Positions 20,087 to 28,747 of a stretch of 64,000 nt of DNA are shown one piece after another. Source of the stretch: Dehalococcoidia bacterium (GTDB lineage Bacteria > Chloroflexota > Dehalococcoidia > Lucifugimonadales > UBA3495); the NCBI GenBank assembly GCA_030740155.1, contig JASLXV010000067.1:32001-96000 (forward strand). The letters are read 5' to 3'. Position 1 is the stretch's first letter, and every line of letters begins with the position of its first letter. The notes beneath the pieces were generated by a model. That model made no database searches, was not told the DNA's origin, and was given only the letters and a program-made list of their open reading frames with translations. The position numbers and the translations under genes are program-made.

Positions 20087-21241
20087 ATGGTTTTGGAAGA
20101 CTCAGCTTTGTGGGAGCCCGGAAACGATCCCGGCGATGCTTTCAGCCTGGTGCCGGAGGTTGGCAATGGCGCGCCGCGAATCAAGGTTGTGGGGATCGGT
20201 GGGGGCGGTAGCAACGCGGTTAGCCGGATGTTCAAGGAGAAATTGCCCGTTGTCGAGTACTACGCGGTGAACACCGACGCCCAGCACCTGTTCCGCTGTG
20301 ACGTAGCCCACCGCTTGTCCATCGGACAGAGCTTGACCCGGGGTCTGGGGGCCGGGGCCTCACCCGACCTGGGCCGCCAGGCGGCAGAGGAAAGCCGGTT
20401 GGAGATCGAAAAGGCCATGGAAGGGGCGGACATGGTGTTCCTGGCCGTGGGAATGGGTGGCGGAACCGGTACCGGCGCTTCACCCATCGTCGCTCAGGTA
20501 GCGAAGGAATGCGGGGCCTTGACCGTGGCCGTGGTCAGCAGACCCTTCGCTTTCGAAGCATCTACCCGCCGCAAGAACGCCGACGAGGGCATCAACCGGC
20601 TCAAGGACCACGTCGATACGCTGATCGTGATCCCCAACGACCGGCTGCTCCAGTTGAACAATCATGGCGAGCAGACCTTCACCTGGGAAGACGCCCTGAA
20701 GATGGCCGACTCGGTACTACAGCAGGCCATTCAGGCAATTGCCGAGGTGGTCACCGTGCCCGGCGAGATCAATGTGGACTTCGCCGACGTCAAGACCATT
20801 CTCAACAACGCGGGCCCAGCCTGGCTGGCCATCGGCCGGGGTAAGGGCGAGAACCGGGCCGTCGAAGCCGCCAAAATGGCGACCAAGAGCCCGCTGTTGG
20901 ACATCGCCATGGATGGGGCGAAGCGCATCCTGTTCGTGGTCAGCGGTGGACCCACCCTCTCGCTTCAGGAAGTGCAGGACGCCGCCAACGTCATCCAGGA
21001 GATGGCGGACCCGGATGCCAACATCATCTTCGGCACCTGCCGAGACTCCAAACTGGACGATGAGGTCAAGATCACGATGGTGGCCGCCGCGTTCCCGATG
21101 CTGGCGGAGACGCAGCAGATGCGGGAGGCGGAGCTGGAGCGCCTGTTGCAAGACGTGATTCCGGAATCGGAGGAGGAGCTGGACGTTCCAAGCTTCTTGC
21201 GCCGCCAATCCGGAACCAGAGGCCGGGGATTCTTCCGTTAA
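20087..21241 (+). CDS. ftsZ: Cell division protein FtsZ
   Basis: IKVVGIGGGGSNAV, NTDAQ, GMGGGTGTG, NVDFADV, C-terminal LDVPSFLRR. Confidence 0.98.
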   Translation: MVLEDSALWEPGNDPGDAFSLVPEVGNGAPRIKVVGIGGGGSNAVSRMFKEKLPVVEYYAVNTDAQHLFRCDVAHRLSIGQSLTRGLGAGASPDLGRQAAEESRLEIEKAMEGADMVFLAVGMGGGTGTGASPIVAQVAKECGALTVAVVSRPFAFEASTRRKNADEGINRLKDHVDTLIVIPNDRLLQLNNHGEQTFTWEDALKMADSVLQQAIQAIAEVVTVPGEINVDFADVKTILNNAGPAWLAIGRGKGENRAVEAAKMATKSPLLDIAMDGAKRILFVVSGGPTLSLQEVQDAANVIQEMADPDANIIFGTCRDSKLDDEVKITMVAAAFPMLAETQQMREAELERLLQDVIPESEEELDVPSFLRRQSGTRGRGFFR

Positions 21242-21403
21242 CCGAATTCAGCCGCCGGCCGATCGGCCGGCGGCGCCGCTCCTCAACCGGGGCGGCAGGT
21301 TATTGGACCGGTTCCCGTTACTAATGAGTAATGTTCTCGGAAGCCTAGCAGCACTACTACCCCTAGTTTGGGATCCCTAAACCCAGGCGCCGGGAATCGC
21401 CTT

Positions 21404-21440
21404 GAGGCCGTCCTTCTTACGGAGGACGGCCTCTTTATTA
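21404..21440 (+). terminator. Rho-independent terminator
   Basis: GAGGCCGTCCTTC-TTAC-GGAGGACGGCCTC followed by TTTATT. Confidence 0.75.
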
Positions 21441-21797
21441 TTCTCCATCTATCTCATCCAACGTCCATCACGTGCCTCTGGATGCCATTCCCTCAAAGGC
21501 GCTCCGGAACATACCGCGCTGAATGAAGCGCTGAATGAAGCGAGGGGTCCGGGGTGGCGGGTCCAGGCTGCATGTTGAGCACCCCGCGCTGGATTCCTAG
21601 TCGCATCGCTCCTCGGTATCGTTCCTGCTCCGATTGCATTGGGCGGCCACGGCCCACCAAGTTAGGTTCACGTCAGCCAATGACCAGAATCCGTCTATTT
21701 CGGGGGAAACGGCAGTGTGGTTTCCCTCTTCAGCGTGACAGTACTTGGGCAAAGGCCCTCTGGTTCCGGTGGTGGTCCCATCGGATTCTGAGGCCTA

Positions 21798-21826
21798 TTG
21801 ACATTCATTACTGCGCATTATACAAT
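21798..21826 (+). promoter_or_regulatory. Sigma-70 promoter of nrdR
   Basis: TTGACA-17bp-TACAAT. Confidence 0.75.
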
Positions 21827-21831
21827 TTCGT

Positions 21832-21878
21832 CCACTACAGGTTGTGGTTTCAGTTAACAATAACACATTATATGGTAT
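21832..21878. promoter_or_regulatory. Tandem NrdR boxes upstream of nrdR
   Basis: CCACTACAGGTTGTGG (21832) and ACACATTATATGGTAT (21863), 31 bp apart, resembling consensus acaCwAtATaTwGtgt. Confidence 0.75.
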
Positions 21879-21919
21879 TTTAAATTAATTTTAGACAATT
21901 CTGAGAAAGTGCTTGGGTC

Positions 21920-22534
21920 ATGAAGTGCCCCTACTGTTCATTCCTCGATTCTAAAGTGACCGACTCCCGGGTGGTCGAGAACGGTATCCGCCGGCGGCGG
22001 GAATGCCAGCGTTGCGGCTTGCGGTTTACCACCTACGAGCGCCTCCAGGCGACTGCCCTAATGGTTGCCAAGCAGGATAACCGCCGGGAAGAGTACAACC
22101 GGGAGAAACTCGCCTCCGGGATCCGCAAGGCCTGCGCCAAACGCCCGGTATCGTCTCGCACCATTGAGAAGATGCTGGAAGACATCGAGGCCGAGCTTCA
22201 ACACCTGGGCCAGGTGGAAGTGCCCACGACCATCTTGGGGACCATGGTGATGGACCGCCTCAAGAGCCTGGACCGGGTGGCCTACATCCGGTACGCCAGC
22301 GTGTATCGGGATTTCCAGGACATCGAGAGCTTCGAGCGTGCCGTAAAGGACTTGCGGGACGACAACACTCAGCTTTCTCTGCCGGAGACGCCCGCCCCGG
22401 CGCCCCGGCGGCGCCGCCGCCGCAACACTTCGACGGCGGCGCGGTACCGGCCCCGGAACAGCAATCTCTTTCGGAACGATGGGCGGCTGGGGTTTTTAGA
22501 TGACCTTGGAGGAGACCCTAATGATGAACAGTAG
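21920..22534 (+). CDS. nrdR: Transcriptional repressor NrdR with ~50-aa C-terminal extension
   Basis: MKCPYC..DSKVTDSR, IRRRRECQRCGLRFTTYE, ATP cone, VAYIRYASVYRDF. Confidence 0.97.
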   Translation: MKCPYCSFLDSKVTDSRVVENGIRRRRECQRCGLRFTTYERLQATALMVAKQDNRREEYNREKLASGIRKACAKRPVSSRTIEKMLEDIEAELQHLGQVEVPTTILGTMVMDRLKSLDRVAYIRYASVYRDFQDIESFERAVKDLRDDNTQLSLPETPAPAPRRRRRRNTSTAARYRPRNSNLFRNDGRLGFLDDLGGDPNDEQ

Positions 22535-22760
22535 CATGCCGTATTCAGCCCTCACCAGGCTATTGACGCTGAACAACCAGGTCCACGACCTGCAGAACCG
22601 GCTGCTTGGCACCACCGTGCCGCGGCTCCAGAGCGAGGCACTGCTTTGGCCGGAGGTCGATCCCCTCAGCCGCATCGCCAAGATGCAAGACGAGATCGAC
22701 CAGGGAGTGCGGGCCAGCCTGGCCACCTGCTGGCTTGGATTGGACGAAGACCCCGAGTAG
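22521..22760 (+). CDS. Small hypothetical protein (79 aa, probably helical)
   Basis: Strong GGAGGAG RBS, overlaps the nrdR 3' end, GC3-biased codons. Confidence 0.6.
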   Translation: MMNSSMPYSALTRLLTLNNQVHDLQNRLLGTTVPRLQSEALLWPEVDPLSRIAKMQDEIDQGVRASLATCWLGLDEDPE

Positions 22761-22873
22761 CTGCGTTTTCGGCCTCCGGCGGTAAGTTCTTTGCCGCCGG
22801 CCGGCGCGGGAGGACCCCATCACCGCGCCGGCGCCGTCGCCCCCTTCACCGGGAAATTGGGTTCCGGCATCTC

Positions 22874-22954
22874 TTGACTTTCCCCATCCCTCGGCGTAAA
22901 ATCCGGCCTACCATTTATAGTAGCCCACCCCCTCTGAAGTACACCATATAGTAT
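22874..22954 (+). promoter_or_regulatory. nrdJ promoter with tandem NrdR boxes
   Basis: TTGACT-17bp-TAAAAT (22874-22902); boxes CTACCATTTATAGTAG (22908) and GTACACCATATAGTAT (22939), 31 bp apart. Confidence 0.75.
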
Positions 22955-23169
22955 AGAATGAACCTAAAGTAGATATTCTGCCCACCCGGGATTCGGCCCT
23001 CGTGTCCCTGATTGCCCGGTGGGTTTGGTGCCGGAGGGGACCGGGCTCTCCTGACAAGCGGGGAGCGAAAGTTCATAGAAAGCGTGCTACAAAGGTCTAA
23101 CAATGCGGCCCAGAGCGATCAACGGCGGAGCGGCAAAACAGATAGGGAGATGTGGGAGGAGGCCTGGAA

Positions 23170-25596
23170 GTGATGGTTACGCGGGATAGTTCAAGTATGT
23201 CGGATAACTCCACGATTAAGACTAGGCGGCAGCGCATTACCGAGGCACTGACCAAGCAAGGGATGGTCGAGCGGATCGCCGACCGGTTGCCGGAGCTAAC
23301 GGAGAACGCCAAGGTCGTTCTTGAGCGGCGCTACCTGTCCAAGGACCGGGCGGGCAACATCCTGGAAGACGTGGACGGCATGTTCCGCCGGGTGGCCCGT
23401 AACCTGTCCGAGGCCGACCGGAACTACGGCGCTTCCGAGGCGGAACGGCAGGTCACCGAGGATGAGTTCTACGACGCCATGCGCCGGTTGGACGTGCTGC
23501 CTAACTCTCCCACCTTGATGAACGCCGGGCGCGAGTTGCAGCAGCTCTCCGCATGCTTCGTTCTGCCGATAAACGACTCCCTGGAGTCGATTTTCGACAT
23601 GGTTAAGCAGACTGCGCTGATCCACAAGAGCGGCGGCGGCACTGGCTTTTCCTTCAGCACCCTGCGGCCGGAGGGAGACGTGGTTGGCTCCACCGGCGGC
23701 GTGGCCAGCGGCCCGGTGAGCTTCATCCGCGCCTTCGACACGGCCACCGACGTGGTGAAGCAGGGCGGCACCCGGCGGGGGGCCAACATGGGCATCCTCA
23801 GCGTCACCCACCCCGACATTGAAAAGTTCATCAAGTCCAAAGAGAATGGGCAGAACCTGGTCAACTTCAACATCTCGGTGGCCGTGAACGAGGAGTTCAT
23901 GGAGCGGGTTAAGGCCGGCGAGGATTACGATCTGGTAAACCCCCACGGCGGCCAGGTGACCGGCCGGCGGAACGCCAAGGACGTGTTCGACCTGATGGCG
24001 GAAATGGCCTGGAAGACCGGAGACCCGGGCCTCATCTTCCTCGACCGGATCAACCGCGACAACCCCAACCCGCAGCTCGGAGAAATCGAGAGCACCAACC
24101 CGTGTGGCGAGCAGCCGTTGCTCCCCTACGAGTCCTGCAACCTGGCATCCATCAACCTGGCCCGGATGGTCAAGCACACCGCCGGTGACGTGGCCGTCGA
24201 CTGGGACCGGTTGGCCAGATCGATTCGCATCTCCGTCCACTTGTTGGACAACGTGATCGACATGAACGAATACCCGATTCCCGAGGTCGAGGAGATGAGC
24301 CGAAAGACCCGGCGCATCGGGTTGGGTGTAATGGGCTTTTCCGACCTGCTCATCCAGCTCGGCACCCGCTACGACTCGGAAGAGGCCTTGCAGGTGGCCG
24401 ACGAAGTGATGGGACGCATCCAGGAAGAGGCCTACTTGGCTTCCGCCGAATTGGCCCAATCCCGAGGGGTGTTCCCCGCCTGGGAGGGCAGCGTCTACAG
24501 CCGGCCCGGACCTTCCGGGGAAGGGCGCCCCATGCGCAACTCCGCCCCCACCACCATCGCCCCCACCGGCACCATCAGCATCATCGCCGGGGCGTCCAGC
24601 GGCATCGAGCCCCTGTTTGCGCTGAGCTACGTGCGCACGGTGATGGACAACACCCGCATGGTCGAGGCCAACCCTTACTTCGAAGCGGTGGCCAAGCACG
24701 AGGGGTTTTACTCCGAGGAGTTGATGGAGCAGCTGGCCGAAAGCGGCAGCCTGGAGACCCTGGAAGTACCCCAGTGGATCAAGGACGTGTTCCGGACCTC
24801 CCATGACATAGCCCCCGAGTGGCACGTGAGGATGCAGGGCGCGGTTCAGCGCCACACCGACAACGCTGTTTCCAAGACTATCAACTTTCCTCACGACGCC
24901 ACGGTGGATGACCTGGCCAGTGCCTATTTGCAGGCCTACGAGGAAGGCTGCAAAGGCATAACGGTCTACCGGGACGGGAGCAAGGCGGACCAGGTGTTGA
25001 GCACGGGCGGGACCGGCAAAGAGGCATCTCCCTTCGACGCGGTGCTGGGCGAGGCCGCGGAACTGGCGGAATACCCCACCCCCCGGGAGCGGCCCCGCAC
25101 CATCCAGGGGGTCACCGAGCGGGTCCGCACCGGCCACGGCAACATGTACGTCACCATCAACTTCGACGAGAGCGGAGGGCCTTTCGAGGTGTTCGGCAAC
25201 CTGGGCAAGGCCGGGGGCTGCGACGGGGCCCAGCTTGAGGCGATCTCCCGCCTGGTCTCCCTGGCCCTGCGGTCCGGCATCGAGCCGGCCAACGTCGTCG
25301 AGCAGCTCCGGGGAATCACCTGCTGCCCGGCATGGGATAGCGGCACCCTGGTGCGGTCCAGCCCCGACGCCGTGGCCTTGGCCCTGGAGCGGCACCTTTC
25401 CGGGACGGCCGGCGCACCGGCGCTCCCGGCCCAGGGTGGGGTGCAGATGCACCTCCTTGACCGTTCGAAGACCAACGGCAATGGCAACGGGCATGGCCAT
25501 CAGCCGGCCAGGAAATGTCCCGACTGCAACACCCCGGTCATTTTCCAAGAAGGATGCCTGATGTGCGTTTCGTGCGGCTGGAACAAGTGTGAGTAG
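23170..25596 (+). CDS. nrdJ: Vitamin B12-dependent (class II) ribonucleotide reductase with C-terminal TSCPD-like and Zn-ribbon region
   Basis: PNSPTLMNAG, SACFV, QGGTRRGANMG, TNPCGEQ, CNLASIN, TIAPTGTIS, KGITVYRDGS, C-terminal C..C/C..C; start GTG 23170 or ATG 23173 after GGAGG. Confidence 0.95.
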   Translation: MMVTRDSSSMSDNSTIKTRRQRITEALTKQGMVERIADRLPELTENAKVVLERRYLSKDRAGNILEDVDGMFRRVARNLSEADRNYGASEAERQVTEDEFYDAMRRLDVLPNSPTLMNAGRELQQLSACFVLPINDSLESIFDMVKQTALIHKSGGGTGFSFSTLRPEGDVVGSTGGVASGPVSFIRAFDTATDVVKQGGTRRGANMGILSVTHPDIEKFIKSKENGQNLVNFNISVAVNEEFMERVKAGEDYDLVNPHGGQVTGRRNAKDVFDLMAEMAWKTGDPGLIFLDRINRDNPNPQLGEIESTNPCGEQPLLPYESCNLASINLARMVKHTAGDVAVDWDRLARSIRISVHLLDNVIDMNEYPIPEVEEMSRKTRRIGLGVMGFSDLLIQLGTRYDSEEALQVADEVMGRIQEEAYLASAELAQSRGVFPAWEGSVYSRPGPSGEGRPMRNSAPTTIAPTGTISIIAGASSGIEPLFALSYVRTVMDNTRMVEANPYFEAVAKHEGFYSEELMEQLAESGSLETLEVPQWIKDVFRTSHDIAPEWHVRMQGAVQRHTDNAVSKTINFPHDATVDDLASAYLQAYEEGCKGITVYRDGSKADQVLSTGGTGKEASPFDAVLGEAAELAEYPTPRERPRTIQGVTERVRTGHGNMYVTINFDESGGPFEVFGNLGKAGGCDGAQLEAISRLVSLALRSGIEPANVVEQLRGITCCPAWDSGTLVRSSPDAVALALERHLSGTAGAPALPAQGGVQMHLLDRSKTNGNGNGHGHQPARKCPDCNTPVIFQEGCLMCVSCGWNKCE

Positions 25597-25644
25597 GGCG
25601 AAGATAACCTGACGAGTTCCGCAGCCAGCCTACCCTCCTTCTCG

Positions 25645-25674
25645 GAGCCCCCGGCTCAAACCGGGGGCTCTTTT
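25645..25674 (+). terminator. Rho-independent terminator after nrdJ
   Basis: GAGCCCCCGG-CTCAAA-CCGGGGGCTC-TTTT. Confidence 0.85.
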
Positions 25675-25827
25675 ATCGCCCCTGCCCGACAGCTTTGGTG
25701 AGTCTGGGTTCACCCTTCCCCCGGTCCATACGCGCTAGTAGAGCGGCCGGGAGTGAGGGGTCCGGCCCTGTGCTAGAATCGAACTGTCAGGCCCTTGGCT
25801 TCAGACCCCTTCTAGGAGGCTACCGCC

Positions 25828-26844
25828 ATGGCAGACGCCCACAAGCCGCCCATCGCCATAACCATGGGAGACCCCTGTGGCGTCGGCCCCGAGGTGGTGG
25901 CAAAAGCCCTGGCCGACCCTCGGGTCTACGCCTCTTGCCGCCCGCTGGTGGTGGGCAACGCCTATGCCATGCAACGGGCGGTCAGGCAGGCCGGCCTGCC
26001 CTTCCGGGTCAGCGAAATCGCCGACCCGGCCACCGCCGGCCGGGACCCCCAGGTGTTGGACGTGCTGGACACTCACAACCTCAACCCGGAGGACATCACC
26101 GTGGGCCGGGTCAGCCCCGCCTGTGGCCGGGCGGCCATGGAGTGGGTCACCAGGGCCGGGGAAATGGCCATGGCCGGCGCGGTGGAAGCCATGGCCACCG
26201 CCCCCCTCAACAAGGAAGCGGCCAGCTTGGCCGGGTACACGTCCATCGGCCACACGGAGCTGTTGCACGAACTCACCGGCGTGAAGATGGTGGGCACCAT
26301 GTTGATGGCCAAGAACCTCCGGGTGGTGCACCTGACCACCCACCGTTCCCTACGGCTGGCCTGCGACTACGTGAAGAAGGACCGGATCCTGGAGTTCCTC
26401 CAACTGACCCACAATAGCTTCGTCAAATGGGGGTTTCCCCGTCCCACGATCGCCGCGGCGGCTCTCAACCCCCACAACAGCGACGGTGGCCTGCTGGGAA
26501 GCGAGGAAGCGGAGGAGATAGCTCCCGCCGTGGCCGAAGCTCAGGCCCGGGGCATCGACGCGGTCGGTCCCATTCCGGCCGACATCGTCTTTCACCAGGC
26601 GATTCAGGACCGTTACGACGTGGTGCTGGCCATGTTCCACGACCAGGGGCACATCCCGGTGAAGGTGTACGGCTTCGAAGAAAGCATTACCGCCAACTTG
26701 GGATTACCCTTCGTGCGGACCTCGGTGGACCACGGCACCGCCTTCGACATCGCCGGCCAGGGGATTGCCAGTCACACCAGCATGCTGGAGGCCATCCGGC
26801 TGGCGGTGGCGCTGGCTAAAGGTAACGGCCTGTCGAATTTCTAG
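25828..26844 (+). CDS. pdxA: 4-hydroxythreonine-4-phosphate dehydrogenase family (PdxA/PdxA2)
   Basis: ITMGDPCGVGPE, TAPLNK, GHTE, LNPH, GPIPAD, MFHDQGHIP, RTSVDHGTAFDIAG. Confidence 0.93.
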   Translation: MADAHKPPIAITMGDPCGVGPEVVAKALADPRVYASCRPLVVGNAYAMQRAVRQAGLPFRVSEIADPATAGRDPQVLDVLDTHNLNPEDITVGRVSPACGRAAMEWVTRAGEMAMAGAVEAMATAPLNKEAASLAGYTSIGHTELLHELTGVKMVGTMLMAKNLRVVHLTTHRSLRLACDYVKKDRILEFLQLTHNSFVKWGFPRPTIAAAALNPHNSDGGLLGSEEAEEIAPAVAEAQARGIDAVGPIPADIVFHQAIQDRYDVVLAMFHDQGHIPVKVYGFEESITANLGLPFVRTSVDHGTAFDIAGQGIASHTSMLEAIRLAVALAKGNGLSNF

Positions 26845-26983
26845 CGCGGAGGGGGAGGCTTCTGACCGTGGATCAGCGGCCCGCTCAGAAGACTGCTAGC
26901 AGGTACTCGGCTAGAATCGGCCTAGGGTGTGATGCCGTTAAACCGTACCTGCTAGTATAAGCGGCGACTTAGATTGAATCGCA

Positions 26984-27280
26984 TCAGCGCTCTATCCAGT
27001 AATCCGGTCTTCGGCGCCCGTGGGCTACCGCGATAACCTCGATGGTTTGATCGGTTTGACGGTAGACAACGACGAAGGGGAATCTTCGTAATAGAAATCG
27101 TCGCGTGCCGTGAACGTGAGCGGGCCAGCGCGCGGGATCCTCTGAGATGGCTTTGACGGCACGGTCCAGTTCCGCAAGGAATGCCGCTGCCGCGTTTCTA
27201 TTCCGCTCCCGGTACCACCTGTAAGCCGCCTGAGCTTCCGCGATTGCTTCGGGGTGAATATCGACAGGCAGCTGGGCCAT
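26984..27280 (-). CDS. RelE/ParE-family type II toxin
   Basis: HPEAIAEAQAAYRWY, RRFLLRRFPFVVVY, VIAVAHGRRRPDYW; start overlaps the antitoxin stop. Confidence 0.9.
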   Translation of the reverse strand: MAQLPVDIHPEAIAEAQAAYRWYRERNRNAAAAFLAELDRAVKAISEDPARWPAHVHGTRRFLLRRFPFVVVYRQTDQTIEVIAVAHGRRRPDYWIER

Positions 27281-27504
27281 TACAGGCCGAAAATGGTACG
27301 ACGTGCCTCAGACCACGGAATAGTCTTGACCGTTCCGGAATCGATCTCTCTGATCCGCCGGTCTATTTCAGCGTGCCATGCCGCTTCTGCGTCTTCGTCG
27401 ACCTCTTCGTCCAGGCTGTCAAGAAGGGACCCAGCAAGCGCTGCTCTCGCTTCCGGTGGAAGCTTGAGGGCCTCTTTCAGCAGATAAATTGGGTCTTGGT
27501 TCAT
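27280..27504 (-). CDS. Addiction-module antitoxin (TIGR02574-like)
   Basis: EALKLPPEARAALAGSLLDSL..EAAWHAEIDRR..IPWSEAR. Confidence 0.9.
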   Translation of the reverse strand: MNQDPIYLLKEALKLPPEARAALAGSLLDSLDEEVDEDAEAAWHAEIDRRIREIDSGTVKTIPWSEARRTIFGL

Positions 27505-27511
27505 AATACCA

Positions 27512-27541
27512 ATACTACACCTTGAGGATCGCTGGATTCAA
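27512..27541 (-). promoter_or_regulatory. Promoter of the TA operon, likely leaderless mRNA
   Basis: Minus strand TTGAAT-18bp-TAGTAT then 7 nt to ATG, no SD. Confidence 0.55.
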
Positions 27542-27607
27542 TTTGATACATGCGCATACCTGCCCCGACGGCGGAGGCAAACCCATGGAGGGCCCTGTAG
27601 AGAGTTG

Positions 27608-27643
27608 ATCCGCGGCCGCCGCTGGCCGGACAACGAGGTTCAC
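27608..27643 (-). pseudogene. N-terminal stub of a second RelE/ParE toxin (MNLVVRPAAAAD)
   Basis: GTGA start/stop overlap with the antitoxin; ParE-like N-terminus; resemblance stops after 12 codons. Confidence 0.6.
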
Positions 27644-27852
27644 TTCGATCGATCTCGAATCTGCCGAAGGACCTCCCGCCACGGGATGCCCAGGTCCCGG
27701 TCCTGCTCGAGATCGTCTAACCTGCGGTCCAGGTCTGCGCGCTGCAAATCGGTCACCGGTACATCCTCGGGGTTGAGGCTGTCCCAGATGTCTGCAAGCA
27801 ACGCGAGCCGCTCCTCAGCAGTCAGGTTCTTGATGTCGACGTTGGAACTCAT
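27640..27852 (-). CDS. Second addiction-module antitoxin (TIGR02574-like), now orphan
   Basis: LTAEERLALLADIWDSL..QRADLDRRL..GIPWREV; GGAG RBS. Confidence 0.88.
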   Translation of the reverse strand: MSSNVDIKNLTAEERLALLADIWDSLNPEDVPVTDLQRADLDRRLDDLEQDRDLGIPWREVLRQIRDRSK

Positions 27853-27943
27853 GCTCCAATTTTCCTATACGACGCGATGCCGTGCAATCACCGCCTGGCG
27901 ACGGCCCGGCAAACGCGTGTTGGTGGTGCGACCGAGTCTGTAT

Positions 27944-28001
27944 GGCTAATGCTCGGCGCCAGCGGCGGCGGGGCGCCGTCCGCTACAACCGCACGATAGC
28001 C
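27944..28001 (-). mobile_element. Degenerate integron attC-like site (58 bp)
   Basis: Minus strand GGCTAtC-GTGCGGTTGTAGCGGACGGCGC-CCC-GCCGCCGCTGGCGCCGAGC-aTTAGCC: imperfect hairpin, end boxes close to RYYYAAC/GTTRRRY but each mutated in the AAC/GTT core; 15 bp after a stop codon. Confidence 0.65.
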
Positions 28002-28016
28002 CCTCTGCTGCGACGT

Positions 28017-28682
28017 CTACTGAGCACCAGTAAGGCCCTTCAGCTTGGCTTCGATCTCGTGAATCTCCGACTCCTGCCGCGTGTCATCAATCTCGTCGTT
28101 CTTGATGAAGAACAAAGCCTCCTGATATTGATCAATGGCCTTCCTGACGTTGCCCTTGAACTCTGCCTTGCGGCCACCTTCCAAGTATCCGCCAAGAGTA
28201 ACACGATGGATTTCCTGGCGAATTCGTTGCTCCAATGAGTTAATGCGTGAAGAATCCTCAAGCTCTTGGGCGAGTTCGCGCAGCTTCAACACGCCGGCCG
28301 CAAGGGCACGCTCCTTAGCCTTCGGGGTCGACGCCACGCCGGCCTTCTCGAATGCCCCCTCAACCACTGTGTCGGCTTCCTCAACAACGAGATTCGCGCG
28401 GAAGCCGCGATATTCCGACACGATGGTGGAGGGAGGAGGCGATATCGTTGGCACACCCTTACGTTCGAACTTGGCAAGGTGCTCCGCGTGCTCAATCGCG
28501 AGGTCGCAGCGGGAAAGCCGGGTACCGAATGTCTTCCCTTCGTGCGCCAACCGCATCGAGTCTCCAAGGACTCGCGTTACGCTCCGGATTTCGATGATCA
28601 ATGGCTGGCAGTTTCGACAGAGGCCATTCGTGTCAACCGATAAGAACAGGCCTCGCTTGTCACACCATCTGCACTCTGCCAT
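28017..28682 (-). CDS. Hypothetical cassette protein: N-terminal CxxC..CxxC Zn finger plus helical, TPR-like C-terminus
   Basis: CRWC...CRNC; GAGGTGA RBS; bracketed by GTTAGAC and the attC-like site; codon usage looks less GC3-biased than flanks. Confidence 0.75.
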   Translation of the reverse strand: MAECRWCDKRGLFLSVDTNGLCRNCQPLIIEIRSVTRVLGDSMRLAHEGKTFGTRLSRCDLAIEHAEHLAKFERKGVPTISPPPSTIVSEYRGFRANLVVEEADTVVEGAFEKAGVASTPKAKERALAAGVLKLRELAQELEDSSRINSLEQRIRQEIHRVTLGGYLEGGRKAEFKGNVRKAIDQYQEALFFIKNDEIDDTRQESEIHEIEAKLKGLTGAQ

Positions 28683-28747
28683 TTCAACTCACCTCGTCCA
28701 TTCCGTGCTCTGGAATCCCAGTAGCCACTGGTCGATTGCCCCAGGTG

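Noticed and set aside
23296..25548. 750-aa minus-strand ORF and similar long antisense ORFs (e.g. 10491-11738, 42216-43499 alternate frame, 43508-44512)
   Set aside because: Shadows of well-supported genes caused by high GC3; no motifs
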